In this document: in pieces, positions 40,518 to 52,603 of the stretch
Position numbering within the stretch: the stretch's first letter is position 1
Layout of the letters: every line of letters begins with the position of its first letter
Assembly: GCA_963842525.1 (NCBI GenBank)
Contig: CAWJGT010000003.1
Location: 1,344,001 to 1,408,000 of the forward strand
Direction: 5' to 3'
DNA length: 64,000 bases
From: an uncultured Holophagales bacterium
GTDB taxonomy: Bacteria; Acidobacteriota; Thermoanaerobaculia; Multivoradales; UBA5704
Notes under the pieces: generated by a model
Told to the model about the DNA's origin: nothing
The model's input: the letters and a program-made list of their open reading frames with translations, nothing else
Databases searched by the model: none
Made by a program: the position numbers and the translations under genes

Positions 40518-40555
40518 GCGCCAGGAGCATCCGCGTTGCGATAAAGTCCGCGGGC

Positions 40556-41314
40556 ATGACGATCCGGACCGAAGACGAGCTCACGAGCCTGCAGACGGTG
40601 GGCCGCATCGCGGCGGAGGCTTTGGAGGCCATGCGCCGGGCGGTGCGGCCGGGGATCTCCACGGCGGAGCTGGACCAGATCGCCCGCGAGGTGCTCGACC
40701 GGCATGGGGCGCGGTCGGCCCCCGAGCTGGTCTACAACTTCCCGGCGGCCACGTGCATCAGCGTCAACGAGGAGGTCGTCCATGGCATCCCCGGCCCGCG
40801 GGCGCTGCGGCCCGGAGACGTGGTGAAGCTGGACGTCACGGTGGAGAAGGACGGCTTCATGGCGGACACGGCCTGCACCGTGGTCGTGGAGCCGCGCGGG
40901 TCGGTCGCCCGGCGGCTGGCGAGCTGCGCCAAGCAGGCGTTTTCCGCGGCCCTGGCCGTGGCGCGCGCCGGCGAGCGCGTCAACCGGGTCGGCCGGATCG
41001 TCGAGGACACGGTGCGGTCGCAGGGCTTTTCGGTGATCCCGCAGCTCTGCGGCCACGGTATCGGCCGCACCATCCACGAGGCGCCGGAGGTCCCCAACGC
41101 GTACGACTTCCGGCACCGGAGCCGCTTCGAGGAGGGGATGGTCCTCACCATCGAGCCGATCATCGCCAGCGGCACGGGCGAGGTGGTGACCGCCCTCGAC
41201 GGCTGGACGATCCGCACCCAGGACCGCAGCCTGGCGGCGCACTACGAGCACACCATGGTGATCACGCGCGGCCGTCCGCTGATCCTGACTGCGCTCTCCT
41301 CAGCGGCTGTTTGA
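40556..41314 (+). CDS. map: type I methionine aminopeptidase
   Basis: [17 protein letters not shown]...DGFMAD, GHGIG..IHE, TIEP, AHYEHT. Confidence 0.95.
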   Translation: MTIRTEDELTSLQTVGRIAAEALEAMRRAVRPGISTAELDQIAREVLDRHGARSAPELVYNFPAATCISVNEEVVHGIPGPRALRPGDVVKLDVTVEKDGFMADTACTVVVEPRGSVARRLASCAKQAFSAALAVARAGERVNRVGRIVEDTVRSQGFSVIPQLCGHGIGRTIHEAPEVPNAYDFRHRSRFEEGMVLTIEPIIASGTGEVVTALDGWTIRTQDRSLAAHYEHTMVITRGRPLILTALSSAAV

Positions 41315-41367
41315 TCTGTACAATCAGTTCGAGAGATCCCAGTTCCTGACAGCAGGGCAGTTTCTGT

Positions 41368-42559
41368 ATGAGCCCGGACACCGGCCATGCCGCCGACCGT
41401 CCGCTTCTTCCGGAGACCCTACGGAGAGCGAGGCGCGGTATCGCGCCTTGGCCGAAGCCTCCAGCCAGGCGGTCTGGTTCTGGGACCCCGCGACCGGCAT
41501 GGGAGAGTTCGACGCCACCCAGCGTTGGTGGGAGGAGGTCACCGGGCAGAGCCCGGCGGATCAGTCGGCGCGGGATTCGCTGGGATGGCTCGACCGGGTC
41601 CATCCGGAGGACCGGGAGCAGGCCCAGGCCGCCTGGGTGGGCGCGCTGGCGAGCGGCATCCCCTATGACATCGAGTACCGCATCATGGCGCGGACCGGCG
41701 ACCTCCGGGTGGTGCAGGCGCGCGCCGTGGCGGTCCGCGGGCCCGAGGGCGAGGTGAAGGAGTGGGTTGGCACCCTGAGTGACGTCACCGAGCAGCGCCG
41801 GGTGGAGCAGGTGCTCAAGGAGGCCGATCGTCGCAAGGACGAGTTCCTGGCCATGCTGGCCCACGAGCTGCGCAATCCCCTGACCCCGATCCGCAACGCC
41901 GCGGAGATGCTGCGCTGGGTCGGCAGCTCCGACCCTGGCCTGCAGCAGGCGTGCAGCATGATCGAGCGCCAGGTCGTCCACATGGCCCGGCTGGTGGACG
42001 ACCTGCTGGACGTCTCGCGGATCTCCCGGAACAAGATCTTCCTGCGCAGGAGCAGCTCGACCTGGCCCTGCTCGTTCGCGTCACTGCCGTGGACCATCGC
42101 CGTCTGATTGAAGACGGCGGCCTGACGCTCGTCCTGGAGCTGCCGGCGGAGCCCGTCTGTCTGCAGGGCGATCCGACGCGGCTGTCGCAGGTCCTGGGCA
42201 ACCTGCTGCACAACGCCGCCAAGTTCACCAATCCAGGGGGGTGCGTGAGCATCCGCCTGAGCCAGGAACCCGAGGGTCTGGCCGTGCTCGCTGTGGAGGA
42301 CACGGGGATCGGCATGGAGCCGGAGATCCTGGCGCGGCTGTTCGAGCCGTTCAGCCAGGCGGACCGCAGCCTGGACCGGAGCCAGGGAGGCCTGGGCCTC
42401 GGCCTCGCCCTGGTCAAGGCCCTGGTCGAGCTGCATGGCGGCAGCGTGCAGGCGGCGAGCGGCGGGGCTGGAAAGGGCTCGCGGATCACGGTCCGCCTGC
42501 CGAGGCTCCCTCCGGCCACGCCCGCTGCTGCGCCTCCGTCGCCTCCCAGTGAGCCTTGA
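41368..42559 (+). CDS. PAS sensor histidine kinase (frameshifts near 41420 and 42048)
   Basis: PAS VHPEDRE, H-box [10 protein letters not shown]-box [22 protein letters not shown]. Confidence 0.88.
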
Positions 42560-43686
42560 GCTCGGCCATGGAGTCGCCGCCGAGCTTTTCGAGGAAGGCG
42601 TCGGCGAGGACGAGGGCGACCATGGCCTCGGCGATGACCCCGGCGGCGGGCAGGGCGGTGACGTCGCTCCGCTCGTACTGCGAGGTCTGCGCCTCCATGG
42701 TGTCGAGGTCGACGCTGGGCATCCCTTTCCGCAGGGTCGAGATCGGCTTCTTGTAGGCGGTGATCACCACGTCCTGGCCGTTGGTGACTCCGCCTTCGAG
42801 GCCGCCGGCGCGGTTGGTCGGCCGCACCCACCGCCCCTGCTCATCCCGTTCGATCGCATCGTGCGCCGCGCTGCCGAAGCCTTGCGAGGCCGGGATGCCG
42901 CCGCCGATCTCCACCGCCTTGACGGCGTGGATCGACATCACGGCCTGGGCGAGCCGGCCGTCGAGCTTCTCGTCCCACTGCACGTGCGAGCCGAGCCCGA
43001 CCGGCACGTTGTGGGCGATCACGGTCACCGCGCCGCCCAGCGTGTCCCCCTCGTCCTGGGCGCGGTCGACGAGCCTCACCATCTCTTCTTCGAGAGAGCG
43101 GTCGATCGCCCGCAGCGGCGAGGAGTCGTCGACCCTGAGGAGGTCATCCCAGGTGGGAACCGGACGGTCGGCGCCGATCGGACCCAGGGAGCGGACGCCG
43201 CTGCGGATCTCGACGCCGAATTCCCCGAGCAGCATGCGGGCGAAGGAGCCGGCCGCCACCCGCGCGGTCGTCTCGCGCGCCGAGGCCCGTTCGAGCACGT
43301 CGCGCAGGTCATGCCGCAGGTATTTGATGCCGCCCGCAAGATCGGTATGCCCCGGCCGTGGCGAATGGACCCGCCGCTGCTCGGCCCGTCTGGGATCGAC
43401 CTCGACGGGGCTCATCATCGGCTCCCAGTTCGACGTAGTCGCGGTTGGCGATCCAGAGGACCAGTGGGCTGCCGAGGGTCTCGCCGCCGCGCACGCCGCC
43501 GCGGATCTCGGCCGTGTCCTTCTCGATCTTCATCCGGTTGCCGCGTCCATACCCATGCTGCCGCCGGGCAAGGTCGCGGGCGAGGAGATCGAAGTCGACC
43601 CGCAGTCCGGCCGGCAGGCCGGTGAGGATCGCGGTGAGGCCCGGCCCGTGGCTCTCGCCGCCGGTGGTCAGATGCAGCCGGCGCAT
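42486..43686 (-). CDS. aroC: chorismate synthase (frameshift near 43430)
   Basis: [39 protein letters not shown]. Confidence 0.93.
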
Positions 43687-43866
43687 GCGGGGGAGGATAT
43701 CAGGGGAAGGGCAGTCGCTCGCTGTGAGTTAGACTGCAAGCGTGATCTCCTCTGAGGCCTTGAAACCAGCGCTGACCCGGTACTTCGAGGAGCATCCGTC
43801 GAGGAGTTTGCCGATGCCGTCCGCAGGTTGGAGGCGTCGTAGAAGATACGCGATACAATTTCCGCA

Positions 43867-46800
43867 ATGCCGGAGCCCCACGCGGCCTTCCTCAGCTACG
43901 CCCACCAGCATGAAGCGTGGGTGAGGACGCTGCACGCCAACCTGGAGCGGTGCCTCGCCTATCTCGGGCGGCCGGGAAGGGTGTTCCTGGATCAGGTGGA
44001 CCTGGGTGCCGGCCGTTCCTGGGTGGGCCAGCTTCAGGCGGGGCTCGAGAAAGCCGACCGGTTGATCCTGGTGGCGACCCCGGAAGCGCTCGCTTCGCCC
44101 CGCGTCGCGGACGAATGGGAAACCTTCATCGCCCGGCGACGCGACTGGCGGCAGGGGAACCTCCAGGTCGTCCTGCTGGTCAATGCGCCCCTGCCGCCTT
44201 TCCTGGATAGCGTCCAGCGGGTGGATTTCCGGCGCGGCGGCGAAGCGCAATACCGCCGTGCGCTGCAGGAGCTGCTGTCGGGGCTCCTCGGCCAGGAAGA
44301 CAGGCGCGGCCTTCCGGCGCTCTCGCCAGAAATCGAGGTCCCGTCGCCACCCGATCCCGGGTTGCCCGGGGAGCTGCGGGGTCGATTGGTGGCCTGGCTG
44401 GCTCCGGTGCTGGCGGACAAGGTGGATCGCCGGGCCATCGCGAGCGAGCTCGGCCTGGGCCGCAATGCTCTCGAAGACCACCCGTCTTTCGAATATGCCG
44501 CCTCGGCGGCCCTGGTCCTGGCCACGGGGAAGGATGATCCGGTCCAGGCTGCTCTGCGCATCCTCGGCGTCCTGGCCGAGCTTTTCGAGGAAAGAGCGGA
44601 GCGGGTGGAGCAGTTGGCCGTCTTTCGCGCCGAGCTCGAAGAGCTGCGCGGCGCCGGCCCCGAGCGCGGCCTTCTACGCGTCTACCTGGAGGCGGTCGAT
44701 CGGGACCATGCGGAGCTGGTGCCCTATTTTCAGCGTCAGGCCGAGCTGGCCTTGCTCGACCGGGTCTATGTGCAGCTCGAGCTGCGGCCCGAAGAGCGCG
44801 GATTTGCCGCGCGGGAGGGGACCGGCGGGGAGCTTCTCCAGCCGATGGGCCTGCGGGAGCTGTTGGACCTCGATCCGGCGGAGCATCGCTGGGTCACCCG
44901 CCGCTGGGTGGTGCGGGGCGATCCGGGAGCGGGCAAGACGACGCTCCTGCGGCATCTCGCCGCCGCCCTGGCAAGGGAAGAAAAGGAGAATCCGCGTCCG
45001 CGCCGGGTGCCGGTCTTCGAATCCCTGCCGCGTCTGGTCCGGGAGCCCGACCTGCTGCTGAACCGGCTGGCCCGCCGGCTGGAGCGCGCCGGGCATCCGG
45101 CCCAGGGGCTCCAGGCCGTGCTCGACCGGGCGGGGCAAGAGGGGAGGCTCGTCCTCCTCTTCGACGGCCTGGACGAGGTGCCGAAAGAGGAGCGCGATGA
45201 GGCGGAGAAGATGCTGCGCGACGTTGCCGCCCGCTGGCCGTCCTCCACGCTCGTCGTCACCACCCGCCCCATTGGCTACCGCCGGCTCGGCTATGAGCTC
45301 CTGGAGCTGGACCTCCTGCCGCTCGATGCCGGCCGCCGGCGGGAGTTCCTCGCCCGCTGGTTCGGCCGGCGTGCCGGCGCGCTCGACTTCGCGCGCGCCG
45401 GCCGGGAGCTGCCGGTCCTGGAAGACGACCCCGGGCTGCGTGAGCTGGCGGGCAACCCGCTCTACCTCACCCTGATGGCGCTGCTGTTGGAGAAGGGGAC
45501 CGCACCCGACCGCAACCGCACCCGGCTTTACGACCAGGTCTTCGAGCTGTTGCTCGAAGGCAAGCACCGCCCCGACGGCGAGCCGATCGACTGCCAGGCC
45601 GGCGTGCAGGAGGTCCTGCGCCATCTCGGCTACGCCATGACGCGGGACAACCGGGACGCCGAGCCGGTGGCCGCCCTGGAGGCCCGCCTCTACCAGCCGG
45701 AGGCCGACCGCCTGCGCGAGCCCCTCGAACGCGTCCCCCGCTGGCGGGCAAGCCTGCGGCCCTTCCTCGACGATCTGTCGCGCAAGACCGGCATCCTCGG
45801 CCCTCACGACGGTCCGGACGCCGACTGGCGCTTCTGGCACCGCACTTTCCGCGAGGCGTTGGCCGCCGAGCGGCTCGAACAGACCGCCCGGGATGAGGGA
45901 ATGGAGGCCGTCCTGGCGCTCGCCCGCGAGGTCGCCGGCGACGAGAGCCGTTGGGCCGAGCCCTTCGCCCTGCTCACCGGCCGGATCGCCGACCCGGACG
46001 GCCTCGTCCGTGCCCTGGTCGAGGCCAACCGCTCGCTCGGCCTGCGCGCCCTCGCCACGGCCCCGGAGCTGCGGCCCGAGACCCTCACGGCGGTCCTCGC
46101 CCTCAGCGAGAAATGGCAGGAGAGGGCCGAGGTCTACCGCCGCCTCCCCGAGCTCGTCGGCGACCCGGAGCGCGCCCTGGCCCTCCTCGACCGGCTGCGC
46201 CGGCGGACCCGCAAAGGCAACGACCTCTACTTCCTGGACCTCGCCGTGCGCTCCGCTAGCGAGCGCTGGCCGGACCACGCCCGGAAGGCCGCCGACCTTC
46301 TCGGCCGGTTCTACGACCACGTCCCTCCGCCATCGGACGACCTCTTCCAGTGGATCGACACGCCCCTCGACGGCCGGGTCCCCCTGTGGCGGGAGATCCC
46401 GGCCGGCCGGTTCTGGATGGGAAGCCCGGAGGGGGAAGGGGACAACGACGAACGTCCCCGCCACGAGGTGGTGCTCACCACGCCTTTCCGGATCGGCGCG
46501 GTGCCGGTCACCAACGCGCAGTACGCGGCCTTCGACCCGGAGCATCAGGCGACTCCGTGGGAAGGGGTCTCTGCGGCCGAGCTACGTTTCCATCCCGCCG
46601 AGAGCGTTACGTGGTTTGCGGCTACCTCGTTCTGCCGCTGGCTTGCCGCGCACGCCCCCTGGGCGCGCGGCGCCCGGTTGCCGCTGGAAGAGGAATGGGA
46701 GCACGCCTGCCGTGCCGGCACCGAGACTCGGTACTGGAGCGGAGACGACGAAGCCGGCCTGGAACGTGTCGGGTGGTACGACAGCCAATTCCGAAAACCG

Positions 46801-47133
46801 GGCGCATCACGTTGGGGAAAAGCCGGCGAACGCCTGGGGCCTCTACGACGTACACGGCAATGTGTGGGAGTGGACGGCGAGCCTGTTCACCGCAGCAGTA
46901 CGAAGTCCCCGAAGGTGGGGTCCTCGTTGATCCCGCGGCCGTCGAGCCGCCTCTTGAGACCGAGCCCAGCGGCGCGAGGCGCGTGATGCGTGGTGGGAGC
47001 TCTTGGGATTGACGCAGGCTGGACGCGTGCGGCGTGTCGCGACGTCGGGGACCCGGGCAACGAGTTCGGGAACCAGGGCTTTCGCGTTCTGCTCCCCGGC
47101 GCCCCGAGCTTCTGGCCAAGGCATAGATCTTAG
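43867..47133 (+). CDS. TIR-NACHT-FGE-sulfatase (C-type lectin fold) protein; frameshifts in the 3' part
   Basis: AFLSYAH...VADEW TIR; GDPGAGKTT and LLFDGLDE NACHT; PVTNAQY, RLPLEEEWE, NAWGLYDVHGNVWEW, RVMRGGS...GFR. Confidence 0.88.
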
Positions 47134-47197
47134 ATCATAGAGGGTGTGTTCTATGCGGCCGGCACGGCAGCCGGCGGCAAGAATCGACCCTTTGCTG

Positions 47198-47327
47198 CCG
47201 TTTTCTTCCTGGGAGCGCGGGCGTCCCGCCCGCCCGGACTTCCATCGACCGGTGCGTTGCGCCAGCCCAACGCCGCCCCGAGCCCGTGGAGGGCGGGCGG
47301 GACGCCCGCGCTCCCAGGGAAAAACGG
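47198..47327. repeat. inverted REP-like doublet
   Basis: CCTGGGAGCGCGGGCGTCCCGCCCGC (47208-47233) is inverted at 47293-47318, with flanks extending the arms. Confidence 0.8.
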
Positions 47328-47720
47328 CTCGGTCAAGAGGCTTGTCACAGCCCCAAAGGCACGGTCGCTCGGCCAAAGACACGTGGCGCGGACTCTGCGT
47401 CACCTGCCTCGGTGGCTCCGTCATTGCCGCAGAGCCAACGGCACGTGCCTCTGGCTCTCCGTCACTGCCTTTGGCTCTCCGTCACGACCGGAGCGCCAGA
47501 GGCTTTAGCCGGAGCTTCATTGAACCGTGCCTTTGGGGCTCCGTCACTGCCGCAGAGCCAAAGGTCGTGCCTTTGGCTCTCCGTCACGACCGGAAAGCCA
47601 GAGGCTTTAGCCGGAGCTTCATTGAACCGTGCCTTTGGGGCTCCGTCACTGCCGCAAAGCCAAAGGTCGTGCCTTTGGCTCTCCGTCACTGCCTTTGGCT
47701 CTCCGTCACGACCGCTGCCA
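47328..47720. repeat. degenerate palindromic array, copy B
   Basis: 102-bp units start at 47466, 47568 and 47670 (partial); TGCCTTTGGCTCTCCGTCAC and its complement AGAGCCAAAGG. Confidence 0.88.
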
Positions 47721-47745
47721 CACGTGCCCTTGTCCCTGAGCAAGG

Positions 47746-50700
47746 TCAGGGGGCGGCTTGCTCCTGAGCCGCCCCACCCTTCCGTTTCCGCGCCGCCCGC
47801 GACTTGTAGAGCTGGGAGAGGAAGCTGTAGATCACCATCTCGTGGGCGCGCGCTGCCGAGCGGATCATCCGGTTGAGGTGCATGTGCACGTAGCTGGGGG
47901 CCATCTCGGCGACGGAGGAGGTCAGGCGGCCTTCGGCTTCCAGGCGCTGCGAGCTCGGCTACGATCGGGGCGAAGGCCTGGGAGCGGCGGTGGAGCACTT
48001 CGAGGCCCGGAGCGAACGGGCTCTCGGCGTCGTTCTGCCGGATCGAGGAGCGCGTGCAGGCTGCGGCTCTCGCCGCGGAGCTTCTGGTCGAGCTGGACGC
48101 GCAGGCCCTTGCCGCCGCGGAACTCGCGCTGGAAGGAACGCCTCCATGCCCTCCATGGCCTGGGCCTTGGCCTCCTCGGACGAGCCCGAGGTCGGCGAGC
48201 AGCATGTCCGTGCCGCGCAGGGCGATGCGCCAGCGCGCGTCCGCGCCTTCGTCCCCTTCGATCATCTCGACGATTTCGAGGACCGCCTCGCTGTCGATCT
48301 GGAAAAGGCGCTCGGAGAGGGCGATCCCCTCGGCGCCGCCGTAGCGCTCGATCTCGCGCTCGTAGGTATCGAGCTGGAGCTTCCACAGGCGGCCGTCGGC
48401 GAGCAGCGGAGCGAGCGCGTCGTCGATCGCCGGCAGGACCTCGGTCTGCAGCCGGCCGGGGTCGCCGTGGAAGCGGACGCGCAGGTGCCACTCGGGATCG
48501 CCGTAGCGGATGAAGAACCAGGAGTCGGCCGCGCCCGTGCCGAGGACCGTCGCGGATCACCGGCGCCAGGGCCTCGACAGCAGGAGCGGTCGGCCGTGGA
48601 GGTGCCGGTGTAGAGCTTGGCGTAGAGCCACTCCGAGCCCGGAGGGAAGGAGCGGCAGACGGCCGGCGGAGCGGACGGGCGCGCAGCCCGGCGCCGGACG
48701 TCCTGCCGTGCCGGAGCCGCCTGCGGGACTCGCGTACGAAGGGGATCAGCGATCTCGTGGACGAAGCGCCCTTCGGGCCCGCGGGCGCAGAGCCGGTCGG
48801 GCACCGGGGAAGGCCTCCAGGAGCCGCGCCCGGTCGCGGTCCTCGACCACGTCGAGGAAGGTCTCGATCGAGAGCACGTTGTCGAAGTCGACCAGCAGCT
48901 CGTTGTCGCCGTCCGCGAGGCTGGCGAGGCGGGGCAGCCCGCGCCGCTGCCGCCACTCCTGGACGGCCGTGAAGCGTGCGGCCCCCTTGGCGGCCACGAG
49001 CTGCCTTGATCTCGTCGCCGGTCATCCACCAGCTGGCGCGGGTGAGGACCAGGCGGCCGGCGCGGACCCGCGGCAGGAACGGAGCGTTTTCCAGCGGACC
49101 CCAGCTCCAGCCGGCGCCGCCCTGGACGCCCTGGCTCTGCAACATGCAGAGGAAGCGGTAGATCCCCGAGGCTGCCGAACCGGTAGTTGTGCGCGCTGGT
49201 CAGCCGCGGGATGACCTCCTTGCCCAGGCGCTGCGAGCGGAGGACGACCCGCGAGCCGGCGACTCCAACCATCAGGTCGGTGATCGGGATCTGCTTCTCC
49301 AGCGGCGCGGCGGAGCGCCCGAGGAACGGGATCTCGTGCTCGCGCAGGACCGGCCGCGAGAGGATGTTGCCGATCCGCCCCTGCGGCAGGTGGACGACCT
49401 CGGCGAAGATCGCGTCGGGGCGGAAGCGCCTCCTCGGCGCGGAGGTGCTCCTCGACCCGGCGGTGAAGCGCGGGGTCGGCGTGGCAGAAGCGCCCCAGCA
49501 GGCGGGCGCCGGAGGGGCCGACGGCGCCGCTCGAGCAGCACCTCGAAGTCGCCGGCGGCGAGCGCCTCCTCGCGAGTCGGCCGCGATGGTGGCCATGACC
49601 TGGAAGGCGTCGGCGAGAGGGGGGAGCGGTCGGCGGGCTCCTCGTCGCGCGGCGGGGGCGCCAGGCGATCGAAGTCCTGCGGCGGTGAGGTCGATCTCCC
49701 GTCCGCCCGCGGCCAGGGCTTCGCTCAGCCGGGTGAGCAGGAAGCTCTCGCGCGTCCCCCAGGTGACCTGCGGCTCGGCGGCCGGCGCGGCGAACGCGAT
49801 CCCGCGGAGCAGCGGGGAGGCCTCGGCGCCGGCGTCGTACGAGCTCTCGTAAGCCGATGCCGATCTCCTCGTCCAGCGCCTCGAGCGAGCGGCACCTCAC
49901 GGTGCTCGCCGTAGCGCTCGGTGAAGTCCTTGCGGAAGCGCCTCGAGCTGCTCGGTCCGGCGTGCCGCGAGCCGGCGCAGGAGGCCGATGCCGCGCACGA
50001 CCTCGTCGAGCACGGCCTCGCCGAGCACCGGGTGGTCCGCCGGCTTGATCATGTCGAGCTGGAACAGGCGCGCCATCTCGACCGGGGTCGGCAGCTCTTC
50101 GAGGTCGGTCGGCGATCTCCCGGTAGCGGTCGGGCGGCGCGCCCGGCCCGCCGGCGTCGAGGCCGGCCAGGACGTCCCGCGCCTCGTGCCAGGCGCTCGG
50201 CCGCCGGAGCGCCGCCCTCGGAGCCGGCCGAGCTGGTCGATCAGGTCGTGGATCGCTTCCGGCCCGGTCACCGGCGGCGACAGGTCGGAGACCAGGAGCT
50301 GGCTGTCGATCAGCTCGATGATGAACTCGGTCGCCTCCTCGGGGGAGACCTCGCCGTCCGGGTCGAATTCGACCAGCGCCGCCGCCAGCTCGGCGATGCG
50401 CGCTCCGCCGCTGGCGCGGCGCAGGGCCTCCTCCAGATAGTCGGTCGGGTCGACGGCCACCAGGTGGTGCGAGCGGATCTTGCGTTCCAGCCGCGCCTCG
50501 GCATAGCGCAGCCGGCCGCCGGCCTGGTAGAGGCTGGAGTTGGGCCGGTAGACGAGCTGCTGGCGCAGCGCCGAGGTCGCGGCCCAGGTCCTCGCAGAGG
50601 GCGAAGAGGTAGTCCATGTCGAGCCGCGTGTGGCGCTCGTAGGAGGCCCGGGGCCCGACGATCAGCCGCGTCGGCGCATCGGGCGCCGGATCGATCTCGC

Positions 50701-51089
50701 CGAGCGAGCAGCCGGAGAAGAGGCCGAAGGGGGTGGCGCGGGCCGCCATGCGGTAGACGTAGCGCACCAGCGCCCGCTCGGCGCGCTGCCCCTTCTTGCT
50801 GTCCGGCTGCGCGCGCCAGAGCGCCAGGCTCTCGGACAGGGACGGGCGAGGCGAGGAACAGGGCCTCGAGGACCTCCGGCCGTTCGGCCAGTGCGCGCAG
50901 GCGGGTGCGCAGCCGCTCGCGGTCGGCGGACACGGCGCGCTCCATCTCGTCCGGGTCGCCGGAGGCGAAGGCAGCCGGCGCTTCGAGGCCCTGGCTCCAG
51001 GCCTCCAGGTCCTCGTAGGGGAGCAGCGGCGTCCGGAAGACGAAGAAGCCGGATGGCCGGATATCGGGAGCTGGCTCAGGCGTCGGCAC
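47746..51089 (-). CDS. lanB: lantibiotic dehydratase LanB with C-terminal elimination domain; about a dozen or more frame breaks as assembled
   Basis: [104 protein letters not shown]. Confidence 0.88.
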
Positions 51090-51124
51090 GACCGCAGGAA
51101 GATAACATGGGGGAAAGCACGGTT

Positions 51125-52586
51125 TCAGCGGTGGAAATCGATGAAACCCCGTTCCACGTCCACATGGACGAGGCGGACGCGCACCCGGTCGCCGACGTCG
51201 AGCCCCTGCCAGCCGCGCTCCAGCTTCCCTTCGACCGGCGGGCGCAGGACGCGCACCCAGGTCCCCTTCTCGGAGGCGCCGGTCACAATCCCGTCGAAGC
51301 TCTGACCCACCCGTGGCTCGAGCAGCAGGGCGGCTGCCGACTTGCGGACCTGGCGCTCGACCTTGTTGGCGTCGTCTTCCCGCAGCGTGCAGTGCCGGGC
51401 CAGCTCTTCGAGCTCGGCGGCGTCGTAGGGCGCAGGGCCGGCCGGCGAGCGCCGCATGGAGCAGGCGTTGGGTGATCAGGTCGGGATAGCGCCGGTTGGG
51501 AGCCGTGGCGTGCGTGTAGTCGTCGGCCGCGAGGCCGAAGTGGCCGGGGCTCGGCTGGCCGGGGAGGTCGACGGTGTATTCGCCCGAGCCGAGCAGCTTG
51601 AGGACCGCGAGGGAGAGGTCCTCGAAGCGGTCGGGGTCGGCCTTGTGGCGCTCGTGCAGGAAAAGGTTGAGGGCTGCCGCGTCGGGCTCGTCCGGCAGCC
51701 GGCCGCCGTGCTCGGCCGCGACCTCGACGATGCGCGGCCAGCGCTTCGGCGAGCGCACGACGCGGCGCAAGGACGGCAGGCCGCGGGATTCGAGGAAGCC
51801 GGCGGTCGCGCTGTTGGCGGCGATCATGAAGTCCTCGATCAGCTCCTTGGCGCGGTTCTTCCGCTCCGCGGCGAGGTCGGTGATCGTGTCGCCGTCGAAG
51901 ACCGGGCGGCTCTCGGCGCGGTCGAGCTCCAGGGCGCCCCGCTCATGCCGCCGCCGCCGCAGCCGGCCGGCGGCCTCGTCGTGGATGCGGAGCTGCTCCT
52001 CGATCCCGGCCACCTCGCCTGCCCGCTCGGGCAGGGGGCCGGCGTCCTCCAGCCAGGCGCCGACGGCGTTGTAGGTCAGCTTGGCCTTGTTGTGTACCCG
52101 CGCCGGGTAGACCTCCACGCCGTCGACCGAGCCGTCCGCGGCGACCCCGAGCTCGACCACCATGGCCAGGCGGTCCTCCCCTTCGTGCAATGAGGTAAGA
52201 CCGGTCGACAGCTCCAACGGGAGCATGGGGAAGATGCGGGCCGGGGTGTAGACCGAGGTGGTGTTATGGGAGGCGTGCCGGTCGATGGCCGATCCCCGGG
52301 CGACGAGCGTGGCCACGTCGGCGATCGCCACCCGGACCCGGAGCACTCCGCCGTCCCGCGGCTCCGGTTCGGCCACGGTGAGCTGGTCGAGGTCGCGCGT
52401 GTCGTCGTTGTCGATCGAGAACCAGAGGAGGTCGCGCAGGTCGCGGGCCGCGGGTCCTGCCTCCCCCGCATGGTTTGCCACGATCTCCCGCACCTCGGCC
52501 TTGACCGGGGCGGAAAAGTCGGGCTCCAGCCCGCGTTGGATCATCACACGGTGGGCGATCTCCGCCAGGTCGTGCCGGTTCCTCAT
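51125..52586 (-). CDS. RNB domain exoribonuclease (RNase II/R family); frameshift near 51450
   Basis: [26 protein letters not shown]...[14 protein letters not shown]. Confidence 0.9.
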
Positions 52587-52603
52587 GGCGGGAGCTTAGC
52601 ATC

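Noticed and set aside
50310-52586. RNase-LanB fusion protein
   Set aside because: caused by an indel near 51450; the RNB C-terminus ends at 51125 in another frame and lanB starts separately
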